64,000 nucleotides of DNA, taken from NCBI GenBank assembly GCA_965112735.1, contig OZ218957.1:62001-126000 (forward strand), given 5' to 3'. The notes beneath the pieces are model-generated. The model made no database searches. It saw nothing but the letters and a program-made list of their open reading frames with translations, and was not told the origin of the DNA. A program made the position numbers and the translations under genes. Shown here in pieces: positions 1 to 13,057 of the stretch; within the stretch, counting starts at the first letter, position 1; each line of letters starts with the position of its first letter. The DNA is from Phaeosaccion multiseriatum. Lineage: Eukaryota; Protista; Ochrophyta, other classes.

Positions 1-188
1 CAGGGGAGGGAGGGAGGGAGGGAGGGAGGAAGGGAGGGACGGCAAGGGGGGGGGGGCGGAGGGTGGCAATGTACAGTTTGGAGCGTGGGGAAGGGAGAAG
101 GTGGCGCAGCAAATGGCGAGGGGAGTATCCACTCTCTCCTTCTCTCGATGACAAACAAACAAACAAACACACACACACACGCACTCAC

Positions 189-1082
189 CTCCGTGTCGTG
201 TCCGATAATCTCGCAGGGCAGCCTGTTGGCCTCGAGGTCGGTGACGGTGGGGTCCGCACCGTGCTGAAGCAGTTGGTGCACCGTCTCCGCCATTGTGTTG
301 GCAGCGGCCACGTGCAGGGCCGTCCACCCCCACGAGTTGTTGTCTCGCAGGTTCAAATCCGCCCCATGGTGAGCCAGCACCTTGACCAACCGCGGGTCCC
401 CGTACTTGGCAACGTAGTGCACGGCGGAGCAGCCCGTGGAGTCACATGCGTTCACATCGGCACCCTTGTCGATCATGCCCGTGATGAAGGCGAGGCGGGC
501 GTCGGACCAGTCCTCGGGGCGAATGTCCAGCAGTGCGGAGTGCAGGGGAGTGGCCTTAAACATGTTCCGCGCGTTGATGTCGGCCCCGGCCTCTAGCAGT
601 GCCAGGAAGCACCCCTCTTGCCCCTGCCATGCCGCTTTGTGGAGGGCCGAGCTTTCCAGGGCGTCGTGCCTACTCACATCTGCGCCGCTCTCCACCAGCA
701 ACTTGACGGCTTCGGTGTGGCCGTTCTTGGCCGCCAGGTGCAGGGGGGTGAGCTTGCCCCTTCCGCATCGTTTGTTGGGGTCCCCCCCCATGTTGATTAG
801 CGTGCGGAGAAGCTCCACATGGCCCTCCTCCGCGGCCCCATGCAGGTCAGGCGTTGCAAGCTTCTTGATGAGCATTGAGCCTTGGTTCCCCATGCCTGAC
901 GCAAAGGACACCACTGCACCGCCCCAACCCCCGCCGCCGCCGCCACTGCTGCTGCTCCTGGTGTAGTCGGCCACCACTCGGCGACGTGAGCCGCTCCCCT
1001 TCCCGAGCAGTCCTGAGCCGCTGCTACTGCTTTCCTCCGCGCACACTTGTATGGTCTCCTCTCCTCCCTTCCTTCTTTGCAT
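189..1082 (-). CDS. Ankyrin-repeat protein, first exon (gene continues off the left edge); start at ATG 1082 or 893 (MGNQGS)
   Basis: Manual minus-strand translation (not in ORF track): LHGAAEEGHVELLRTLI, TPLHLAAKNGHTEAVKLLVESGADV, SALHKAAWQGQ, GADINARNMFKATPLH, GWTALHVAAAN. GTGAGT donor at 188. Confidence 0.85.
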
Positions 1083-1756
1083 CACCAGCGTACACGTAAG
1101 TACGCGCCCGTTGTCTTGTTGCTGATGTCTCCGTCGCTGGTCCTTCTGTTGCTCCTCTTTTCGACGCTCATGAAGGCCGCGGACAGCCAGGCGGACTACT
1201 GTAGTAGGCGGATCGCGCCAGGATGGTCCTTCTTCCTTCCTCCAGCTTGCCAGCGGCACCCAGAAGCAGGATTCTCGCCCCTTTTGCGGGCAGTTTTTGC
1301 CGGCCGGCGGCGGCTGCTCTCTTCTCTTACTCTGCTCTGGTGCTCCTCCTCTTTGATTTTCTGCTGCTCTGGTGTCTCATGCTGCGAACCCAACCCTCCC
1401 TCACCCAAAAATTGAAACGCCAAACCCAGGGGGGCTTGCCGAGCCTCGCGTGGCACAAGTATAAAAGATCTTCAGCTTTGAGAGCCGCAGAGCCGCTATT
1501 GGTAGCAGATTGGTAAGGGAAGGAGCTCGAAGACAGTTCTAAGAGGCAGGCTAGGGAGTGTGTGTGTGTAAACAGGCGAACACAGCAGCGGGGACCGGCA
1601 AATCTGCAGATTTGGGCTACGCGGGGTGTTGCGACCCCTTCAGAGTCAACAGTTGCCCACGAATCGGCAACAAGGCTGGGAAGAGCACAGGAGATAGGGG
1701 GGTGTGGTTGCGAGCGATATTGGCGGGGCGTTCCCTCGATCTGGACCACTTTTTCG

Positions 1757-4700
1757 ATGGTAGCGATGGACATGTTTGCGGGGAACTCGGTGGAGGCAGC
1801 CGCGGCTGGGAGGTCGAAGCGACAACGCTCCAGCTCGAGCAGCAGCAGCAGCAGCAGGGGTAGCAGCAGTAGCAGCGGCAGTGGTAGCTGGGAGGCTGGA
1901 GGCAGCCGCAGCCGAGGGAGAAGAAGAGCGAGCAGCGCCCGGCTGGTTCTGGTTGCAGCACTGCAGGTTGCGCTTCTGGTGGACCGGACGGCTCTCAGCG
2001 GAGCCTTTCTTCTCGCAGGAGGCAGAGCTATTCGGTGGCAGCACCACAGCAGCGAGATCTCCTACAGCGCCAAGCGACCAAGAGCCTCGGCCCCTGGGGC
2101 GGGTGGGATGCAGATGCTCTTTACGGGAGGCAGACGCTTTCCGAGAGTGGAAGGAGGCGCGAAGCTGCCTGTCACCGCCGCCTCTGGCGCGCCAGACGGG
2201 AGGAGCGGAGGCGCAGTCGGCTTCGCGGAGGCGCAGAAGCAGCTGGAACAAGCGCAGAAGGTCGGAAGTGGGGACAGTGTCGGAGGCGGCAGTAGCGGCA
2301 GTGGTGGTAGTGGCGGCGGCCCGTTGGGGTCTTCTTCTGGCTCCAAAGGCTCCAAAGTGGATCTTTACTTTGATGAGTTCAACTTTTGCCTAGATAAGCG
2401 AGACACGGCCCTTAGCGGACCGTCCATGAGCAAGGTGCGTGTTAGGGGAGAGGTCAGAGGTGATGTTTGTTGAAAGGAGAGGTCAGAGTGACGGACTTTG
2501 GTATGTGCTTTGAGAGACCGTCGGCCCCGCAGCCGTTGGTGCCCACTCATCCCCCTTGTCCTCCTCTCTTCCCTCCTTGTCGCGATGTGTGTTTGCAACC
2601 CGCCCTCCCCTCCCCGCCCCCGCGTTCTCATCCCCTTGTGTGAATGGGATGGACACGCAAACGCACACACCACATTCAAACGCACACATTCAAACACACA
2701 CACACCCACACACACACACACATACATACAACCCCACGCGCATACAATGCACACCCACCCACCCAGGCCCTCAACTCCGCCACCAACACTGCGGTCAAGA
2801 ACATCCTCGTGCTCAACAGCCCTTCCGACGCGGTGCACGCCGTGAGGGACCTGGAAGCCCTCAGGACCAAGTTCGAGAAGCGGCACGGGGGGGCAGACCC
2901 AAAGGAGTTGCAGGATGCAGAGGTGGGAGAGTAGGGCAGGCAAGGAGAGGGGATGGACCAGTGGCATTGGGCTGAATATGGCTCTGGGCTGGGTTTTGAA
3001 TTTCGTGGATGGCAGTGGATGGCAGTAGTTGGACTGTAGATGGATGCCCCCCCCCTTGTGGCATGGCGTGTCCAAACCCCCATCCTGCCCATGCAGGCAG
3101 TAGTCCGCTGGCAGTGCCTTCAAGGGCTTCAAGGGCTCTCTCTCTAGTACATTCACACTTCGCCTCCTTCGTCCTCTATTGCATCACCCCTCCGAGTCAA
3201 AAGTCGATATAAATATCCTTCAAAGAGGTCCCCGATATCATGCATGGAGGTCCTCATTGGACTTAGCTGAACCCCCTCTTTCCTTGCTTACCCCCTTCTC
3301 CTTCTCCAGAACTTTCTTGACGCGGTGCTGTCGCTGGGGTCCCCGGCGGGCTGCCTTCCCGAGAGCCGACTAGAGAAGTTGGTCAAGCCCTACAACTTGG
3401 CGTTTCGGAAAGTGGTGGGCGTGCTGTCGGACTTTGGCTGCGAAATTGTGCATGGGAAGGAGGGGAGGGTCAGGCCCAAGGACCAGGTGAGAGGGTGGAG
3501 AGAAGAGAGGGAGAGAGATGGAGGGAGAGAAGAGAGAGAGGGAGGGAGGGAGGGGTAGAGAGAGACGAAAAAGAGAGAGAAGAGAGAGAGAGGGAGAGGG
3601 AGAAGGGTGGAGAGCTCGAGAAATGGGGATGATCGGGGACGGAGCAATGCCGCTGTGTCTCCAAGGCTTGGATACGAGGCTCCGTGTGTGTCTGTGCCGC
3701 ACATGCGAAACGGAAACTGAACCTCTCTCTCTCTCCCTCTCTTCCCCTCTCACCCCTCCCCCCCCCCCCAGGACTTCTGCCTGAGCGTGCTTGACTATGC
3801 CACCTCGGAGTCCACCAAGACGCGTGCCATGAACGAGCTTGCCAACCGCGTGTGTCGCGTCATGTGCGTGGGCAATGATGACGACATCAACAGCCTGGCA
3901 AGGGAGATGGAGAGCAAGAGGGAGACCTTCATGCAGCAGTGGGCAGGGGTGAGTCAGTCATTGTGTAGTTGAGGGAGGGGAGGGGAAGAGGAGAGGAAGG
4001 GTCAAATGCAAGCATATGGGTACGCTAGCGCGCCTCGCGGACGTATTTGGCTCCTTTCGTCTTAAGTATTCTAGCCGTGCCAATGAAGCTAAACATCTCT
4101 CTCTCTCCCTCTCCTCTCATGCCCTGCCCTCTCTCTATCTTCCCTACCCTCTCTTTGCCACACCTCAGGACGCGAGCGGCAGCAACTGGGAGGGAGCCCC
4201 CGAGGACCGCTTCTTCATGGCCCTCATTGCCTTACTGGACGACGGTTTCTCCAATCCCCCGCAGCACCTCTCGCAGGCCTACACCAACGCATACAAGAGG
4301 CTCGTTGACATCCTCGTCAAGGTACGGAATCATAATCTTACGTAATGCATACGCACGGGCTCGAGGGGCGCTACTTCGACGGTGTGGGGGGTTGAGGGCT
4401 GTTTCGAGGGGCGCTACTTCGACGGTGTGGGGTTGAGGGCTGTTTCAGTCCTTCGCGACTCTTCGACGGCTCTTTGCGGCGCACTCTGTGCGGGCCCGAG
4501 AAATCACTCCTGCACCGCCCTGCCTTGCCTTGCTTGCCTTGCCCTCCCCTGCTCTTTCTCCCCCGTTACCCCCTCCCCCCTGAACCCCCTCCACCATCCC
4601 CTTGCCCTGCTTGCTCTGCTCCGCTGACCTCTACGCTTGACTCGAGCAGGAAGTGGGGTCCATGTCGACCCCCACTTCTGAGAAGGTGCTGCAATCGTTT

Positions 4701-5518
4701 GTGAATTGGGAGAGGGACCTCCGCAAAACGTCCTTTGACGGCTCCTGGGACCCCAACCCCAACGTGAGAGGAAGGGAGGGAGGGTGGGGAGGGGAGAGAG
4801 GGGAGGGGAAGGGAGGGGAAGGAGAGAAGGGAAGGGAGAGGGAAGGGACGTGGGTGAGCCCAGGGCCGTGCTTTACTTCACTGTTGATTGCCTACTTTGC
4901 TTCTTGCTTGCTTGCTTGCATGTTTACTGGCTTGTTCTTTTGCTCTCTTTACTGCCGTTGGCGTTGCCGACTGACGTTTGTCCGGTGTCGTCATCTGACG
5001 ACTCATGTCCGATGATTCCCTCCTCCTCCTCCTCCTCCCTCCCCACACAGGACTTGCTGGGGTCGTGGGCCCTGGGCTCTGACTACACCATCTTGGGCCT
5101 AGAGCCAGGATCTGACGACGCCGCTTACTCCGACAAGGAGCTGGCCATTACACTGAAGGTGAGGGAGAGACAGGGAGGAAGGGGACGAATGGAGAGAGAG
5201 GCGAGGGACGAACTCTGGTCGGTCCCCGACACCCGCAACATGCACACCCAGACCCGTACCCATATTCCTCTAAACACGCCTCCTCTCCCCTTCCTCTCTC
5301 GCTCTCTTGATTCGCTCTTCTCAGGAGGGTGGGCGCGTGGAGATTTCTCCTCGGGTGGGTGTGGGGCTGGCGTGGAGGCTGGACCCCGGCCCTACCCACT
5401 TGGACACACTCTTCTTTGAGATGATCAGTAACGTGGACAAGGAGGAAGGGCTCTTGCTGTCGTACACAGGCTACATCGACAGGGTGAGAGAGACAGAGAG
5501 AAAAAGAGACAAGGGAGG

Positions 5519-5556
<38 letters not shown>

Positions 5557-6380
5557 GAGAGAGGAGAGGTGGTATCCTAATTCGTCCTCGACGGGATTGA
5601 GTGCGGCAGCAACAAGGCATGGCATTTGTTTGAAGGAGAGGACGGATGCTTTTGGGGGGGGGTTGGGGCCGTGGATACACAACAGACCAAGCTACACAGC
5701 AGACCAAACAACAGAGAACAGCAAGCAAAGCGCATGCTGCTCAGTGCTGCTGCTCAGTGCTCATACCGTCACTGTGTGTGCCCTCACTCGTGCGCTCCGG
5801 TGCCCCTCTCCTCACTCCACCTCCTCCCACCCCTCCCCCCCCAGGGCGCTCGTATCGAGGCTCGTTTTTCCAAGCGCTCGATCAAGATGACGGGCAGGCT
5901 TACCAAGAACACCGCCAAGGTAGGGCATAGCAGTGCGCATGGTAGACGGGAGAAACAGCCAGTCCGGGCACAGTCTGGGCACAGTCTGGGCACAGTCCGG
6001 GCACAGTCTGGGCACAGTCCGGGCACAGTCCGGGCAAGGGGGTGTGTACTCCGTGTGATGTCTTGACGCCTGCCCAATGATGAAAGGGCTCGTGCAGTGA
6101 ACCTCGAATTGAAACTCTAACTGACACTGCAGCAGGGTGAGGGGTTCTGAGAGGAGGGGAGGGAGGGGAGTGATAGTGGCTTTGCTGAGCGACGCGTATG
6201 TATGTATGTATGTATGTATGTATATGTTCTTTGTATGTCTCCTCTGTTTGTTGTGGCCCGTCTGTCTCAGTGTCCATCCCTCTTGATCGTGTGTTTGCTT
6301 GTCCATTGCCTCCACGACCACAGGGAATACCTCAGACGAGCGCCCGCTTCTCTATGCGGCTCGTGGAGAGAAAGAACTAA
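1757..6380 (+). CDS. Uncharacterised, probably plastid-targeted protein (about 10 exons)
   Basis: Phase-consistent GT-AG exons near 1757-2434, 2767-2921, 3310-3486, 3772-3948, 4169-4321, 4650-4763, 5051-5158, 5325-5482, 5845-5919, 6324-6380 (ends ARFSMRLVERKN*). Hydrophobic LVLVAALQVALLV followed by SGA^FL resembles an ASAFAP-type bipartite presequence. No family recognised. Confidence 0.7.
4361..4445. repeat. About 42-bp intronic tandem duplication (2 copies)
   Basis: tcgaggggcgctacttcgacggtgtgggg(gg)ttgagggctgtt occurs twice. Confidence 0.85.
5960..6036. repeat. Intronic 11-bp minisatellite (CAGTCYGGGCA) x~7
   Basis: Directly visible. Confidence 0.9.
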
Positions 6381-6950
6381 ACAACTAGGAGGGAGGGACG
6401 GACGGATGAATTGATGGAGAGGGAGGAAGCAGATGGCAGTGGATGGAGCCGGAAGGGGCGAAAAGGGCCGAGGACGAGCCCGAGGGCTCAGCCGTGTTGC
6501 GCTGGAACGGACTTTTGAAGCCCTGCCCTGCCCGTCCTGAGTGAGGAAGTGGCGGCCCTGGCCTCAGGGCGTGGCCTCAGTGCAGTCAAGTTGGGTTTGG
6601 TTTGTTTGTTTACGTGTGGCGTGCCCTCTCTCCTGCGCAGCGAGAGAGAGAGGGGGGGGGGGGGAGGAGCGCGAGAGGAACGTTGGGTCTGCCTGCCTCT
6701 GCTTTGCCTGCTACTTGCTTGATTGTGATTTTTGACAGTGGGGTTGGGGGGTTGGGAGTACATGCTTCGTGTACTGTTTACATGATAGATAGGTAACGTA
6801 AGACTTACGTAAGACTTAGGAAGGGAAGGTACCGTTACAGGAGCTTGGTGGAGTGACGTGCAGCTGGTCTGGCCAAGCCAAGTAGAGTACGTTAAGTAGA
6901 GTACAGGGAGGGGGGGGGGGGGGGACTGCTGGAAGAAATTTTGGGACCGT

Positions 6951-7044
6951 GGTAGCCTATGGTAGCCTGTGGTCGCCTATGGTAGGTATAGGTAGCCTAT
7001 GGTAGATAGCCTATGGTAGATAGCCTATGGTAGCCTATGGTAGC
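6951..7044. repeat. Intergenic 10-bp minisatellite (GGTAGCCTAT)n, degenerate
   Basis: Directly visible, about 8 units. Confidence 0.85.
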
Positions 7045-7706
7045 TTCATGGGTTAATTTATAAGAGAGTTCACGATTTAGCTTTTCTGCGTGTGAAGCAC
7101 TGTGATGCAGTGTGACGAGGGCTTGACTTGAGTGGATGTGAGTGGATGGACCAAAGGCGGCGGCAAGGGGCAAAGGGCCGAGGGCAAAGGGATACGAAAG
7201 CCCCGGCCCCAGTCATGAGAGCGAGGCAACTTGCCTCGAGGCAACCCACTCACCACTCACACACCCCAATCTGCGGGTGTAGGAAAGGAAGGAGTGCAGG
7301 ACAGGACGGGCTCAGTGGCAGTTTGGCGAGCGCTGCGCAAATGATTTGATGATTTTGGGGCAGCTGGGGTGTGTGGGGGTGTGTGGGGGTGTGGGGGGGT
7401 GTGGGTGTGTGGGTGCGTGAGAGGGTAGCAGCAACGGAGTTGGGAGGGGAAAGAAAAAAGCGCGTTCCTCGCCTTGTTGGAGACGGCAAAGACGATTCTC
7501 ATTCCGGATTCGAGGTCGTGCAGAACGCCGATTACTTTTAGACAGCTCCTGAGAATTTTCTTCAACTGTTGGTGGGGTAAACAACCTCCCCCTCCCCCTC
7601 ACCACTCTCTTCCTCGCCACTCACTTCCCACTTCCCCAAGCTACAAACCTAAGACCCTAGGTGCATAATAGCAAATCACACTCAGACTGCCACTGCGTGC
7701 GGCAGG

Positions 7707-10700
7707 ATGGGATCTGCCACTGTCGGAGCCGTGGAGGAACGGCTCGGCGAAGAGGACGAGAGGCTTGGGGATGGTGGAGAGCACCAAATCAACATTCCTG
7801 TCTCAACGGAAAGGTCGAAAATGCGACAGCTGAGGTGAGGCTGTAGCTTCGCTTTCCTTTTTTTTTCCCCTCCTTGCTTGTTCCCCTGCTTATCATGCCT
7901 CCTTTTCTTCTCCTTCCTTTCCCTTCTCCCCTCTCCTTTTCCTTGTATCCCACTTTGATTCTCCCACCCCAGAGCTCTTCTCTGGAAGATTTGGCTGCTG
8001 AAGAAGCGTACCCCCATCGGAACCTTCCTCGAGATGCTGCTGCCCATTGGCTGGGCTGTTGTGGGGTTCTCCCTCGAGAGAGTCAATCGCACCCGGGTGG
8101 ACACGGTCGAGTGCCCTCCACCAAGCTCCTCCTCCTACTTCCCAGAGTGCGTGGAGTACAAAGAGTCGCCCACCTCGTGGGGCCAGGAGGGTTTCTTTGT
8201 CAGCACGGTGGAGGTGCTCATGCTGTCCTTCGCCGTCATCAGCACCACGCGCATCCTCGTGGAGGAGAAGGAGATGCGTATCAAGCCCATCATGGCTCAG
8301 ATGGGCATGAGCGAAACTTCCTACACCGTCAGCGTGAGTCAGAGAGAGCAGCAGTCCGCAACCTCCCTCCCGCCTCCTTGCCTCCTGACCTCGCCCCCCG
8401 CTCTGCTTGATCTGTTTGATTGATGTCCGCAGTTTGTGCTGTGGGGCTTCGGTGTGTACTTTCTCATCTCGGTGGGCATCACTGCCTTCCTCTACGACTC
8501 CTACTTCGAAGGGACGGACTCCAATATTCTGCTGGTGCGTGCGTGCGTACGTGCGTGCGTGCCTCTCTCTGTGTTTTCTCCTTCCTCTCCTCTGTCTCTC
8601 TCTCTCACTCACCCTATGTTTGCTCCCTCTCTCTCTCTCGCTCTCTCTCACTCCCTCCCTCGCCGCAAAGTTTCAGCTAGTCTCTCGTCAACACAAACAC
8701 ACTCATCCCCTCTGTTGCTGGCCATGTGGCTGGCTTCGCACACATTCAATCAACCTCATACCATCCTCATCGCTATCCACTCAGCCACTCAGCCACTCAC
8801 CCTTGCCTTGCCACCACCATACCCTCACATCCTCCCTCCTCCCTCCCGTATCACCAACTGCTGAATCACCAGGTGTTCCTCTGGCCCTTCTTGCTGGGGC
8901 TGAGCTCCATCCCCATCGCCATGTTCGTCGCGGCTTTTTTCGACAAGACCTCCATCGCCGCCCTCATGGCGGGCTGCTTCTACTTCGTGGGCACCTTCCC
9001 GGCCCTCGCTCTCAAAGAAGGCGCCAATGCATCTGAGAGGTGAGGTTCAGAAGAGTAGAAGAGGAATCTGGTTTGTTGGTTGGTTGGTGGGCTGGTTGGC
9101 TGGCTTGGTTTTTGTGCGGGGAGGGCATTTTATTGACTTCCAGGAGTCTCAGGTGGGGGGGAGGGGAAACTCTTGCTGTACGCCTGCTTACAAGCTTTAC
9201 GAGTAGAGGTCAAAAACAGACAAGCACCTAGCGGAATGATAAACCTCCTCCTCTCACGACGTGCTGTGGGTCCCTCGCCATGTGTCTTGTGTCTACCCCT
9301 GCCCCCCACCTCACTCACAGACTGGCGACGGCCCTTCTTCCGCAGTCCGCCTTCGTGCAGTGCACGGTCGTCTTCTCGGAGTGGATCGATCAAAACAAGC
9401 TCACTGGGGAGATGGGGCAGATCACCTTTGGGAACTTCTTCAAGCGCGGAACGTACGTGCCCACGCACGCACACACGCACTGCCTGTGCCCATATGCCTT
9501 CGCCCTTTGGAGGCTGTACGACGCGCTACTGTCTGCTTTGCCCCAAAGGCCTCACCCTTAGCCTCACCCCCACCCCCACCCTCACCCTCATCCCCACCCT
9601 CCCTCCCTGCCTGCCTCCCCCTCCCATTAGTCTGAGCGTGAGCCTGTTCGAACTGTACATCATGATGCTGTTCGACGCTCTGGTGCTGTGGCCGGCGTTG
9701 GCCTACTACTTCTCGCAGGTGGGCCTCTTCTTTTCTCTCTCACCCTCTCTCTGACTCTCTCGCTCTCTCTCTCACTCTTTCTCGCCCCCCCTCTCTCACT
9801 CTCTCGCTCTTTGCCTCCCTCGCCCTTCCTCTGTCTCTCTTTCGCTCCCTCTCCTCCCCCCTGCTTAACTCTCCCCTCTTCCTCCCTCTCTCCATACTCT
9901 TAATCTCAGGTGGTGCCCTCTGCAAGCACCGCGAGTAGCCGCCCCCTCCACTTTCCTTTCACACGCGAGTATTGGAACCCTCTCGGCCTCGAAAGCTCCT
10001 TGGTACGTTCAGTTTTAGTTTCAGTTCTAGTGGGTCTGTTGTCTCTAACTGTTTGTCTGCCTCCTTTCTCTTCGTCTCCCTCCCACCCTCCCTCCCCCCC
10101 GCGCCCATCCCCTCTCAGGAAGGGGAAAGGGACGTAGCAACAGACGACGATGCCGCGGAAACCGGCGGACACCTCACAAATGGCAACAAGGATGAAGAAG
10201 AGAACCACCACACCGCCGTCTGTGAGCCTGTGGACCAGAGTCTGCGCAGCCAAATCGTGAACAAGGTCTGCGTGAGCATTCGTCAGCTCAGCAAGACCTT
10301 CCACCGGGGCGGGCGATTCGGGGTGGAGGTCAAAGCCGTGAAACGCCTCAATCTCGACATGTACCGAGGTCAGATTACAGCCCTTCTCGGCCACAACGGG
10401 GCGGGCAAGACCACTACCATCAACATCCTCACGGGCCTCATGGGCGCCGATCAGGGCTCGAGAGTGGTGGTGAACGGACACAATATACGCTCCAAGCACG
10501 GGCTTGATGCCGTGCGGCAAAGCTTGGGCGTGTGTCCGCAGCACAACGTGTACTACAGAGGTGCGTGTGTGTGCGTGTGTGTGCGTGTGTGTGCCAAGTC
10601 GTGGTACGGAAGGAAGGAGGAGGCGGCGGATTCACCTCCCACAAGCTCAGAGTGGCTTCTTTTCTGCCCGTCTCACACACAGTCTATCCCTCCCTCCCTC

Positions 10701-13026
10701 CCCCCCCCCCCCCCAGGCCTCACTGTGATGGAGCACCTGGAGCTGTTCTCCGCTTTCAAAGGCGTGCCCTCCGCCTCCGTCCACTCCGAGGCCGTGAAGA
10801 TGCTGCAGGACGTTGGGCTCGGACCCAAGAAGGACGACGAGGTGCAGAACCTCTCGGGCGGGCAGAAGCGGAAGCTCAGCGTGGCCATTGCCTTCACGGG
10901 GGGCAGCGACTTTGTCATCCTTGATGAACCGACTGCCGGTGAGTTTTGATGTTTCGCTAGCGTGTATTGTGCGTGAGGAGCGGTGTATGGGGACGAAGGG
11001 AGGGGGGAGGAGGGAGGGAGGACACAGTACCAAACGATACTTTTCGGCAGCAGTCGTTGTCCACTCTGTCCACCCTTAGGGTCAGTGTGTGAAGACTCAA
11101 CCTCTCACTCATCCTCCCTGTCTGCCTGTCGCCCTTCCGTCGTCCCTCCCCCTCCCTCTCGGCCCCCACCGGCACTCGGCCTACACCCTCCCCTCAGGCA
11201 TGGACCCGTTCAGCCGCCGGAGCATCTGGGATGTGATCCGCAAGTTCAGGGCAGGCAGGATCGTCCTGCTGACCACGCACTTCATGAACGAAGCGGGTAG
11301 GTTGGTTGGCGAGTTGGTGGTACGATAGGATGTGTGGGGCTGTGCATCTGCAGACAGGCGTGCGGGTGCGTGCGTGCGTGCGTGCGTGAGTGAGTGTGGC
11401 GGGACCGTTGTCAACCATTTCCACCCGGCAACCCTCTCACTTTAACACCCGTTAAACCTGTCTCCTTCAATACCCACAGACCTCCTGGGGGACCGCATCG
11501 CCATCATGGCGGAGGGGCGTCTAGAATGCGTCGGCTCTCCCCTCTTCCTCAAGAACCACTTCGGTGCGGGCTATCTCCTCACCCTCGTCAAGGAGTTCGA
11601 GGAGGGGGGCGAGGGGATGGAGGGAGGGGGAGGAGGAGGACAAGGCATGGCGCGAGACGTGCGTGCCGAGGTGGAGGCCGTGGTGAAGGCGCATGTGCCC
11701 AAGGCAGTGCTCATGTCGAATGTTGCGTCGGAGATTGCCTTCCAACTGCCCAAGGCGGCGTCGGGGCTTGATCTTGGCGCGCTGCTGACTCGCTTGGAGG
11801 AGGAGAAGGCGTCTTTGGGCATCTCGAGCTTCGGTCTGTCTATGACGACGATGGAGGAGGTGTTCATTAGGATCGCCAAGGGCATGCATGACGTCAAGGT
11901 GAGAGAGGAGGTGTCGGAGCGTCGCCAGTCTGTGGAGCGCCAGATGAGCAACGCGAGCATTCGGACGGAGGACGACAATGAGAAGCTTCGTCGCCAGTCG
12001 TCTCTGGACCGTCAGAAGAGCAACGGCAGTATCGCGGAAAGCGTCGGAAATGGCAACATGGCGACTGCTGCTGATGTATCACCAACTGGAGTGGAAGCGC
12101 CGCGAGCTGTGGCGCCCTTCTGGGAGCATGTGCGTGCGCTGCTGATCAAGCGCTTCCTGCTGTTCAGGAAGGACTGGAAGATCGGCCTCTACACACTCGC
12201 CATCGCCCCGATCTACACCATCGTAATTCTCGCCATCTTCAGAAACTTGAAGCTCGAAAAGATGGTAGGTCTGACTGCTCTTACACTCACTCACTACCCA
12301 TCCCTGTCCATCTGTTGAGTAACTGCCGACACTATCCATCTGTTGAGTAAGGGCTGATACTGCCCATGCTGCTCAGTAAGTCTCAACGCTTCAATTTTCC
12401 CTCCCTGGTCCTGCCACTCTCTCCTCTGTATCAGGTGATGGTCCTGCCCGCCGTGCCGATCCTGCTTATCGGCATTTCGTACATCCCCGCGGCGTGGGCC
12501 TCCTTCGTCGTCAAGGAGCGCGAGAGCATGGTCAAGTACCAACAGGTAACAACACTTTGTCATTGGTGTTTGAACTTTTCACCTCACCCTTTACCTTCGC
12601 TCCTCACTCCTCACTCTTATCTTCACCTTTACTCTCACCCTCACCCTCATCCTCACCCTTACCTTCACCCTCACCCTCACCTCTCACCCCTCACCCCTCC
12701 CCCCTCACCCTCACCCTCACCCTCACCCCTTCTCCCCCCCTCCCCCCAACACAGGTGGTGTCAGGTGTAAGGCTGAAGGCGTACTGGCTGTCGGTGCTCG
12801 TCTTTGATGTGGCGCTGTACACCATCGTGGCCTTCCTGCTCATCATCTTCCTCAAGGCGTGGGAGCTTCCCCTCATACACTCTGCGAGATACGCAGGGGC
12901 AACGATCTTGCTCTTCTTGCTCTACGGTATGTGTGCGTATGTGTGTACCGGCGAGAGGATCAAGCAATGATACTTTCAGTTTTTTTGAAGGGCATGGGCG
13001 GGGGAAAGGCGAGGAGTTTGGAGCCT

Positions 13027-13057
<31 letters not shown>

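Noticed and set aside
63-966. Plus-strand ORFs at the window start
   Set aside because: Antisense shadows of the minus-strand ankyrin exon.
12630-12730. (CCCTCA)n as an interstitial telomere
   Set aside because: Not CCCTAA or CCCTAAA; one of many intronic microsatellites.
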